A stretch of DNA of 64,000 nucleotides, from contig NC_092674.1 of the NCBI RefSeq assembly GCF_964355755.1, positions 16,802,001 to 16,866,000 on the forward strand. Reading direction: 5' to 3'. Made by a program: the position numbers and the translations under genes. Position 1 is the first letter of the stretch; each line of letters starts with the position of its first letter. This document shows positions 28,301 through 40,300 of this stretch, piece by piece. A model generated the notes under the pieces. That model saw only the letters and a list, made by a program, of their open reading frames with translations. It had not been told where the DNA came from and ran no database searches. Source of the DNA: Antedon mediterranea (taxonomy: Eukaryota > Animalia > Echinodermata).

Positions 28301-31300
28301 CTTCTTTTCGATACATCTGTATACTTAAAACGATAACAGAACTAAGGATAAAACAGATGGACGGTGAACTGCGTAATCACTCCAAGAAGATCGCACGCCT
28401 ATTATACAAGGATCGAGACACATTACCAACTTATCTTCGTACCAGCTTTCCTTCTTCCAAAAACTGGTTCTTAGTCGTGGCTTACAGTTCCCCTTACCAC
28501 ATCAATCACAACGTAGGGAAATTTTAGCCAACTTTGAAAAGACTTACTGGCGTGTCGAGAAGAAACTAAATAATGAGGATATGAAGGAGCTCACATCAGC
28601 AACTTTAAAGTCGATTGCTCTAAACTACATTGAACGCAAGGACCCATCTCCACCTAGGTCCCTGAAAAGAGCATTGGGACAATTGAAGAAAAGGGATGAC
28701 ATTGTCATTACTAAACCTGACAAAGGTTCCGGAGTCGTTATCATGGATACACATCATTATGACCAACTTCTTAGACAATCGTCTATAAACAACACATCTA
28801 AGTTTATACCCGTAAGTAAGACACAACCTAAGTCTAGAGGTAGACCAATTAAGCATTTCCATCCTCTCTTAGAAAAGGAGAAGCAACTATCTAATATTGT
28901 TCGTAATATACTACCGAAGGAAGTAGCATCTACACTAACACCACAAGGCTCGAGGTTAGCCCATCTTTATGGTCTTCCCAAGACGCACAAAGAAAATCTA
29001 TCTATTAGGCCAATACTCTCAGCCACTGGCACTTACAATTTTTAAATTAGCACAATGGTTAGATGAGAAGCTAAAACCATTAGCCAGCAACGAATACTCT
29101 ATACCAGACATTTTTGATTTTGCTAAAGAGTTACATTCTACTGAAATTGGTTCAGATGATGTTCTTGTCTCTTACGACGTAGTTTCTCTATTCACCAATG
29201 TTCCACTTGATGAGACCATTAACATTCTTTTTCATAAGGCCTTTAAAGATGACTGGCTTAACATTGAACACGGTTTATCTATCGATAAACAAGGTCTTAA
29301 GGACCTACTTACAATTGCGACCAAAAATCAACTTTTTCAATATGATGGTGATCTATACGAGCAGGTTGATGGCGTAGCCATGGGTTCACCGCTTGGACCA
29401 CTGATGGCAAATGTTTTCATGTGTTACATTGAAGATACCTTACAAGCAACAGGGAAAATGCCGCAGTTCTATCGTCGCTACGTTGATGACACAATCGTAT
29501 TCATGCCAAGCCAGGTTTCAGCACAGAATTTTTTGAACACTTTGAACAATTCACACGATGCCGTTGATTTTACAATGGAAATTGCTAGAGATAACTCAAT
29601 AAATTTTTTAGGTATGACTATCTCAAAAAACGATGTATCTCTTGAAACCAAAGTATATAAGAAATCCACTAATAAAGGCTTATTATTACATTATGATAGC
29701 CATGTGGATATCAAACATAAACGTAATCTAATTCACACAATGCTTAATAGGGCCTACAAATTGTCATCTACGCATGACATTTTCCTATCAGAGGCTGATA
29801 ATGTAACTAAGATTTTTCAAAAGTTGAATTATCCTTTAGGTCTTATTAGTAATATTGTTAAGGCTTTCAACCAATCCATTAATACTTGTGTGACTCCTAG
29901 TAATACTAATGAAGATATGCTAACTGATGAATCTCCCCAGCCTATTAGGATTGTACTACCGTACAAGGATCAAACTTGTTGTAACACGGTTACTAAACAA
30001 CTTAAACAACTTAGTGCGAAGATTGAAAATGATATTTTACCAGTATTTACTAGTCGTAAGATAGTTGACACCTTAAAACCTAAAGAAATGAAACCCAGAA
30101 TCATTAATTCACAATGCGTTGTGTACAAATTTCAATGTGGTTTGTGTGATACAAACTATGTCGGTTACACTTGCCGACACCTTTACAAACGCATTAATGA
30201 ACATAACAAAAGTATTATAGGCGATCACCTAAAACAACATGGCATAACTGGTGATATCTCAGAATACTTTAGAGTCTTATCTAAATGCAACAATAAGTTT
30301 GATTGCCTAATTAAGGAGATGTTGTGGATCAAAGAGATAAAACCTACACTCAATAAACAATCAGATTCCATCAAAGCTAAATTGTTTATCTAACTCAGTA
30401 GGAGGAGCTAATTACTTAATTAGCCCCAAATTAGCATTTCCTGTCACCAACTTTGGTGCTTAGTGCACATAATTATTATTGTTTTGTATTCACTTGATCT
30501 TGAAAATGGTTCTATGGTGGTACCGAAACGTCGATCTCTCTTTTTGTCATTAAATTTTATATTGAAATCAGGGAACATTTTCGCCAGTGTAGCGTAGCAA
30601 AAAGCTATACAAAACAACCTTATTGCAACACATTTTGAAAATTGTGTAGCAAAAAATACAATACAAAACTATGTTTCTCGACTTAAAAATCAGTTTGATT
30701 AGCAATATTGCTAAACAAAATTTTTAAATGAAAATTTTCCCTGGAAATTATATAGTAAACGTCTTTTAATTCCAAATAATAAATGTCTATTATATTAATA
30801 TATTTACACAAACAAAACAAGAACAAAGATACAGATGAATATTACAAATTATTATGATTCTGAGTTTTTTTTTGTGACTGCATGTTTTAAAGTGAGCACT
30901 ACTATTATTTGCGATTGGACAGGTACCTGCTAGTTGTCTATCAAGAGAAATATTGATTATAAATGTTAAAAAACGATATTTTCTCTATATCAGGCATTTA
31001 TTATTCAAATCTTTTAGAGAAGATGTACCATAAAGTCGAAGTTTCATTTCTTTCATTTTTAAATGAATTTTGTGAATATTCCTGTGAGAGTTTGTACTAC
31101 AAAAACCATTGGTGGTATGATGTCATTATAAGCTAATCAAAGCTGAGCTTTCCCGTGATTGGCAGAGCTGATGGTTGATTGATTTTGGATTCTGTTTTTT
31201 TTTTATTTCTGGAGACGCAAATACCCACAGCCGGAATATTTTATCTCGCACATGGTTCTCTCCTAGACTGATCCATTTCAGAACATCTGTCATTTACGAA

Positions 31301-34300
31301 ATTCGCTTCGCCACAGCCCCCACCCTTGGGTGCCTGTGGTGAATGGACTTAGTATCTGCTCTGGGCCCCCTATTTCAAAATGCTGGATCTTCCCTGAAGT
31401 GAGTGCCTGGCAGTGAAAGTCAGTCTTCTACAAACTTTTTATACAAACTTTTATAATTATGATGCACCGCCAAATGTCTGTTCACATAATTATTCCATTA
31501 ACACCAAAGCTGTTTTCGTTTTTTAAAGATGGAAGGGACAATCCTACTTGCCTACAAGCATGCATATGCAGTATTTCTGCCAAGCTTTATTATTTTGTAG
31601 CAGACTAGCTACGTAAGTATACAACAATGGAAACATATGGTGAACTCACCAGTCTTGACAACAGCCTTATTTAGAATTGGAGACAATGACGGATCAAGTT
31701 CTTCCTGGACATTTTGTAGAAGAACTGGAAAGCCATACTGAATTGCATTTTCTAAAGTACGAAGATAATCATGCTGTTGAAGATCAATGAGTTTCAGTTG
31801 TCGCGTACCCTCCATATTCTTGATCCACTTAATGGCCTGACCTTGAGGATCTACCATCAATGGCCACCTAGTAAAAAAAAAAAGATTTATACTGGTTTCT
31901 TTTTAAATGTCAAATTTGATTCCCTATTGACTACATAAATATAAGTTTCAATATTAACCACCATTTAAGCTGTTTTTTAGTTTTATTACAAAATTGTTTA
32001 TATCTACCAAGCTATCTTCTTTGTTTTCTACCGTTACTCTCTCCACCCTCTATTCACCAGCCTGTGTCTCTTTTGTTTTATTTCTTTTATTCCTTTTTAA
32101 TTTAGCCACTCAGGCAGCGCTTGCCTGATACAGTATATCTATCAATGCACCTTCACTTGCACTGATGAAGGGCTAGTGTTGCCCGAAAGCTCTGCTAACT
32201 TTTCTGGTTGTTTTACTTTATGGTTTTGATTTAGCTTTTCACTTTTGTTTTGTATCTCCATTGAGATCCAGCCACTGTACCCACAGCATTGTAATTTTTG
32301 CCAGAAAAGTTAGCAGAGCTTTCGGGCAACACTAGCCCTTATATATACACATATCAGGCATAGAACATTACTGTAATTCTAAACCGTCCGGTGATATACT
32401 GAAATTTAATTAATTTGTTTGAAACGATAAAGATAAGGAAATCTGTGAGAATGAGAAAAAGTCACCCCAGCCGAGACTCGAACTCGGAACCTTCTGCTTG
32501 ATATGCAGATGTCCTAACCATTAGACCACTGGAGCTTTCATGGTATTGTTCAAACTCGATTGGATAGCGACCTCTTTAACACTCTCGACATGGTACAGCA
32601 CTAGTCCCTCAATTGTACGCATGCACACAAGAGATCTATATAATATATATTATGAGATCATGTTCTGAATATGAGCACTGTTTCTATAATTTGACAGTAT
32701 GATTCATATATAATTTGCACAGTGCTACGCAACATGACATTTTAGCAACTTAACACCTTAATAAAACCAATTTCCATTGGCTAGATTAAAAAAAATCCCT
32801 TAGGTTGTTAAAAATTATGGTAGCTGATTTCGAATAGATAGACCAAACATGACGTGATTCGGGTTAGTGCTTTGTTTACAAAAGCGTTGTAAAGAAAGTT
32901 GATTTTTCAGTAAACAAAAATACAATTTCCTAATAGATTTTCAATAGAAACGACATAAATAATTGCAAAATACACATACTTGTGATATTTTTTTATGAAC
33001 AAGATTTTGATATGTTAAAGATAAGTGTTTATAGTATCGTATTTGAAATTTTAATATGGATAGGTTAGGCCGTTTTTCACATTCTGAACTTCAAGGCTAA
33101 ATATCTCAAAAGTTTAGGTTGCGACTCTGCACCGCTTTTGTGATGCCAGGCCTCATATATATATATATAACTCGTGGTAAATTTAAAGCAGATCATGTAA
33201 ACGAAAGTGCTCGATACAAGATGTAGAGTCAAATAGAAATAAATGATAAAGACGCTTGTAAATTACCAATTGAACATTTTATTGCACTACAACAGGCTGT
33301 TTCATGAGTATGAACTCAATCTTCAGGTGCTTGGCTCTATTCAAAACGAATACAAAAACTATAATATAATGAGTAAACAAGTTTTTGATATACATTTCAC
33401 TCACTACAGTTTTTGGGAGTTCCACCATTCAAAAGGTGAAGGGTCTCAAATAAATATAAATGTGTAGCTCCTAATGAGATAAAACGAACATTTTTTGATT
33501 CTCATGTTGAGAGTGGATACAAACTAATTTGAATGTGAATTTGTTGTGAATACCAAAGTGACTCAAACTCTGTTGTATATGTTTAGATATTTAGATAGTA
33601 ATAAAACATTATATTACCTGTTCCCTCTGGTGACAATGACACCATTTTCAGTTGAGAATGAATCAGACGGTAATCCTTGGATATTCCAGTCCCTAACTGC
33701 AGTTGGTTTGGATAGGAATGTTGAAAATGTAAAATTGGGACTGCAGGGTACCGAAAGCTTCCGGACTTCCTTTAACCATACCTCCTTTACAAGGAAGTCA
33801 CGATACTCGGATAAGAACGGCCCCATATACGAGAGAAAACCGGCAGCTACTAGACAGTCACCAACTAGGTAAACCATGTTTTCTTCAAGTTCCTAATACA
33901 AAACAACAACCAAAATAATTATACATTGGAATTCAAATTAGCAGTTTCGAGATTAAAAAACAATAATACTATAATGAAAGATTTATTTACTACTACTACT
34001 TATGTAAAAGTAAAATTTTGGAAAATTGTAAAGTCGACCTCCATCCCCAACCAACATCATTAAAGGACAACTTTTATATATTTATATTTTGACAACGTAT
34101 TAAGGATGTACGTATGATTTTAGAACAATTTGTGAGATTTACAATTTCGCGGTACGAGCTCGCCGTACAGCCATCGCAGTAAAACTGTGACGTCATATGT
34201 GCATAGCAAAATGTACCTCACTGTTGTTAACATACAAGAAATAGGTACCGGTCATTTCAATTGCTAATTTGACCTGCATGTAGGCTTAAATTTGAAAAAA

Positions 34301-37300
34301 AAAGAAGAAACACTTCAATATCCAGATAGGCAAAAGAAAAAAGGCAAAAAATTCAACATTTCTATTTTTTATGATTTATTTATTTTTTATTTTCACATGT
34401 TGGTACTTTGCTGGAAAGATTAAGTAAGTTTGGGTTAAACCTTGTAAATAAATAAAGGAAAATAATAATAAAAATAATAACAATAAAAATAATAATAACA
34501 ATAAAAATAATAAAAATGTTGATATACAATTTGCGGTACAGAACGTGTATTAGTTCTGAAAAGAACTGTTGAGTTTCTCGACGTTTCGATCAATATGCTT
34601 TGATCGTCCTCAGGAGTGAGAATGCAGAAAGTCCAGGAAACTAATAAGAAGAATATAATAATAGAATATAAGTGGAAAGGGTGGGACTGGTGTGAGAGTC
34701 AGAAACAATGGCAAGTTTACACAGTGGGAGGGATTGAAACTAGCTATAGCAGAGCATTGTTTCTCATGAACAATAGTGAATGGAAACTTTGCTATAAAAG
34801 AGCATTGAAAAGCAAGGTGAGAGTAATAAAACTAACAATAAAATAATAATATAAAAAGAGGAATTTTTCAAGGAGACTCACTATCACCGTTCTGTTTGTC
34901 TTAATCATGCTGCGACTAACCTTTGTATTACGGAAGGTGAGAGCTGGTTATAAATTTCCATCTCTTGTTCATGGATGATCTGAAATTTTATGGATCTAAC
35001 AACGACCATCTATTTTTTAAGATATTAGAATGTCGTTTGGACTTGAAAAATGTGCGGTCCAGAAATGAAAAGCGGTTGGCTGTAGTGGATTGGATCAACC
35101 TATCAGAGAGGTTGGAGAAGACGGGTACAAATACCTTGGTATATGCAGCTGGATAAGATTCTTAATGCCAAGATGAAAGACAAGATCACAGAGTATATAA
35201 ATAGAGTTAAAAAACTATGTAAATTTAAACAAAATGGGGGAAATATGATAAGTGGCATCAACGCATGGGATGTTAGTGTGTTATGCTACAGAGCAGGGAT
35301 AATTGATTGGTCGGTGGAAAGCTGGGCAACATGGACAGAAGAACTAGAAAAATTATGGCAATGAACGGAAGTATGCATACCAGAAGTAATGATGATCAGC
35401 ATTGAAGACAGTGTAAAGAAGGAGAGTAAGTCACTGCATGGCTACCTTAAAATACATCAGAGTGGATGCTGCAATCTGCTTTGAGGGAGAAGGTGTTAGA
35501 TGGAAAAGAGAATGTTACAGATTATCAGAAAAGATGGCAAGAGGAGAAAACCAAGGGTTGGAAAGAGAAAGCACTACATGAAGAGTTTGTGCTGTATCAG
35601 GAAAGATTCTTGAAGATGGCTTAGGAATGGTTTTTTGAAGGAGACAGAAGGTTTGATACTAGCTGCTCAAACGAATGCGATAAAATACAGATAGATAAGA
35701 CATATTATCAGTGGATGCTCACTCAGAGAGAGTATAGAAATCGTCATGACAAGGTAGCATGACAAAAGCCATTAGAAGTCACAGAGAATAAAAACATTCA
35801 AATTACATGGGACATGACAGTTTACACTGATAAGAAATTAAAACACAATCGACCTGATATTACTATTCTAAAGAAATGTAGGCCCACACACGAGTGGACA
35901 TTGGTTGACATAGCTGTGCCAGCGGACCAAAATATCATAAACGGAGAGAAAGAAAAGGAAGAAAAATACCTTTTGAAATAAAGAAAATTCACAAAGCGAA
36001 CATTATAGTGATTCCAATCGTAATTGGCACTCTTGGAACAATTTAAAAAAATGCAAAAACATGGCATGAAAAATTAAATGTACCTGACATTTTAGCGGTC
36101 GGAAGACAGGATGGCATGACCTACCCTGACAAACAACAAAAATGCTTTGATTTCAAGAGGACTGTGTCATTTTATTTAGCCTGGACAATGCAACCTAGAA
36201 TTGCACACAAGGAAATTGATGCAAGCAATTTGATATATATTTGGGATATATATATTTGTGGATATAACTCAAAGTAAGGTCTTTAAAACCTATAAATGGT
36301 AAATACCTGCTGTTATAAAAAAAACAACTAGCCTATCTTAGACCTACCGTTTAATCTGAATCAAATGTACCTTTCATTTCATATTCGCGGAATGGTACAA
36401 ATAATTTAATTCGGTGAAATATGAAATTCCATTTTCACTTGGCTGTCGTCTTGTAAAAATAGACATTTTTTCTTTCACTTCATGAAGTTATTTGTACTGT
36501 ACTATTTGCACTCCTAAACATTCATTATTTGTACGTACTGGAAGCTCAAGTCGTACATTTTAACTCTGGTTATGACAGAATGTTAATGATTTCCATTATA
36601 TATTACTCATAGGCTGCTTTGAGTTATAGTTAAATATCTATCAATATACATTGTTATAACAATTTCCCAATTTGTTAGTGTTTTTGACATTAGAAATGTG
36701 GTAAATCTTAAATTGGGACAATTGGCAGTTATGGAGGGTGAATCAAAGCAGAACCATATGCAGTATAATTAATTATTACTAAATTAATTAATTTTAGGCA
36801 ATAATAATGATTTATTTGGCTAAATCTATATTTAAAGAAACTTTTAAACTAGGTCAATGTTGTTGTGTTAAATTGCTTTTCAACTTTTGTGTGTCAATTT
36901 GATTCAGTTTAGTTAATGTTGACAAGTTTTTAAGTATCTTTGTTTAATTTTATGTATTACACCCAACACATTAATTCTTTATTCATTCTGAGAAATAAGA
37001 AATTAATTTTATTTATTTATTTTTATATGCATTTTTTGTGTATCTTATTCTTGTATGCCTTATGTTATGTATTACACACTACATTTTATTATTTTAACAT
37101 TTATTTTGATTCATTTTGAGTAATAATTTTATTTATTTTTCTATGCCTTATGTTGTGTATACACACATGTTATTTTTTGCATTTATTTTGATACATTTTA
37201 AGTTAATATTTGGACGCAACTTTATCATCAAAGTGTGCCACTGTGAAGTTTCCAATAAATTATTATTACTTCGCTCGCATACCATTTAGTACGTGCCCAT

Positions 37301-40300
37301 GGATGGTACATGTAAAGTCTCAACCAAATTTGGAAAAGGCACATAAATAAATATTTACACATTACATTATAGAACCTAACCCAAAATTATTATATATATA
37401 TATATATTATTTATTTATAATGTAAACAGAGCAAATCGTTTTCAATCGCTGCTACAATTTGGTACGGAAAGTATGAACCCATTGAGAAAAAGGTTACGCA
37501 TGATTTACTGAAATTTGTCCTTAATAATAGGAATACGAATAAAACTTTATGTCCTATAAAAACCTACATCTTTCGTAAATTTATACACGCTTTTGCCCAG
37601 ATGTCTATCCCACCTCTGCAGTCACAGATTTTAAAAAAATGGATTGAATTTCTGTTATGAGTGTACTGGCTTTTGTTTGGCACTGATTTATTGCCACTGA
37701 GTGAGTGGCCAAGCGGTTAAGACAGTGAAACCGTAATTACGTAGCCATAACATCGGCAAGGGTTCGAGGCTCACTTGCTCAATGGTTCTGGTGGTAGAAC
37801 GAGTCTTATCGGATAAGGACTATAAACCGTAGGTCCAGTGTACACATAGCTCATGTGCACTTTAAAGAACCTAGTACATCTTTCGAGACGAGTAGGGGGT
37901 TACCCCGGTGTACTAGTCCACACAAAACACAGCCACTGTCACACACAGCCACTGTGCAATTGGGACTTCACCGTTTTTAGAGGTGTTTACCACCTGTTGG
38001 TCCTGATCCTTCACTAACAGTGTTAGTGCAAAGTTGAATAAATAAAATAAATAAATATTATGCCTGAGGGAATCGACACTTGGAAGATAGATTGGAATGT
38101 TCAATTCATCGCCAAGCAATACATTTGTATACATATATATTTTAATACAGTTGGTTTGTCTTCAACATTGTGATGCTGTACTCGAGCTGTTTAACTGGTT
38201 TTCAGCTATTAAAAACATTTATTGTAAAAGGAGATAGGTAAATGCAAAGCATCCTCGAATTATTGTGTGCAGGTATTTTTGAAGATCGACATCCATAGAC
38301 AGTGTATAGCACGTTCGGAAAACATTCCTATTTGGGGCAAAGCGTTGAACCTAAATTCGTTTTAAATTGTCAATAACTAATTATGTAACTAAACCTAATT
38401 AGTGTTATTTCATTAGGTGTTAAAAATCAGTACCGACAGTATGTACCAACTTTATATACCTTCGAGTAAATTTATATATAGATTATGAAAGTATAATATA
38501 CTTATAGTGACTATACATACTGATTGAAAAGACACTTTTCCTACAATTTTTTCGTTCTATTTTTATTTATGTGGATGATATTTTCGTTTTGCTTCTATCA
38601 TGCACCCACTTTTGGTGTGATAGAATAAAAAAATTAAAATGGAAGAACCTCAACTTTTCAGCAAGAATATCAGGTCTTTTATTAATGGACTCTGCCAAAA
38701 AAAGTAAGAAATATGTGTGTACATTAATGCTGTTATTACATGAGCCTAAAAACTAGTCAAAGCGAGAACTGTCTTTTTATCAACATTAAAAATTGCAGGG
38801 AAAGTGTAGTAATTACAGATCATGTGTACCTCAACATTCATTTCCCAACGTTCCCTCTCACCAGCTAAGCCAGAGACAAGCTTTCCAGCTCTATCTAATT
38901 TAATCTCCATCTGTTCAGCTTTGATTCTCAGTTCTTCTTTTTCTTTAAGTCGCTCATCATACTGCTTTTTTAGGTTTTCCATTCTATCTGTTACCTATAA
39001 ACACAAATGAAAGTGTGATTTGAAACTGAGAAATTGTAATCCTTATAAGGTTTTTTTACGCATAAAAATTTCACTGAATTTTAAAGAACATTAACAACAA
39101 CAGCAATCAGAGATTACATACTTCCGCCAAGGGCTGACCCCCCAAATTAAATATGATTAAGCCACGTTTTTACAAATATAGTAGACAAAAATATAACACG
39201 GTAATAACAATATTTCAGCTATAGATCAGCAACAATTGTCCAAATACCGTACCTCTTTAAGCTTAGCTTTTGCCTCAGCAAGAATTGCTTGTTTCTCTTG
39301 CAACTGCGATGTAGCATTGTTTAGTCGTTGTCTCTTAGGTTCCACTACACGGTAAATACGACCATACACTTCCATAGCACGTACCCACATGCACAAGGAT
39401 TTGGCAGCATTTGACACGCGTCCAATGATCTCGGGTTGGAAGTCTGGCTGGGAACAGTATTTGCCAATCTTATTCAATACACGGTCAGACATGTTCTCTT
39501 TATCAAATTCAACAAGCTCTTTTATGAAATTTTGATTACCTGTATGAAAAATTGTTTCTAAATTACATTCCTAGTTTTCACACATCAAATTACAGAATAC
39601 TAAAATATTATAGTATCAGTATCAAATTGATTAACCAATAATAAATATAATACAGATTCTGATATTAATGAGGCATACAGTACAACAAATGTCTTACAAA
39701 GATCACTATAGAAAAGTCAGACAATTATGATCTTTGCAACTGCATTATTATTGATATAAAGTTTGCAGTACACCACTGCAGTACTGTATATGATCATTTA
39801 GAATAAAATGATCACCTATTGTTTTATTATATAACACTTTGTTCTTATTTATTTCCTTCAGTAGAGATTTGTGTATTGATTATCTGAAAAACCTTTGACA
39901 ACATCTTTCTCATAACGAAACTTAGCCATAATAAGCTTTTCAGCGTGATCACTCAACCATGACATCATAGAGGTGCCATTTTGTGAATTCACATTATCCA
40001 TCATATTTTCATAACTGAAAAATTCACTACACAAAAGAAATGTCATTGTCAATGATCTCCAAAATTTCACAATATCTTTAAAATAATTTTAATTAATCCT
40101 AATAAGCTTTTCAGTGGATCACTCATCTGTGACGTAATTTATACGCCATTTTGTGAAATCACATTATCGATCATATCTCTATTACTCGTCATCACATTTC
40201 AATCAAATTCACTATACCTGTACATGTTTTTTTTGTAGATATATTAAGGAATAAACATTAATTTATTAGTGAATGTATTGAAAAAAAAAAACAAATTTCG

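Larger units (their letters stand above)
28050..30560 (+). mobile_element. Penelope-like retroelement (Poseidon-type), near full length, frameshifted
   Basis: RT and GIY-YIG ORF pieces followed by a 3' UTR with a hammerhead-like motif. Confidence 0.9.

Noticed and set aside
29035-29048. Possible programmed frameshift at TTTTTAAA in the PLE ORF
   Set aside because: It would need a +1 shift, PLEs normally have one ORF, and a second frameshift exists near 28420; mutation or a homopolymer error is simpler
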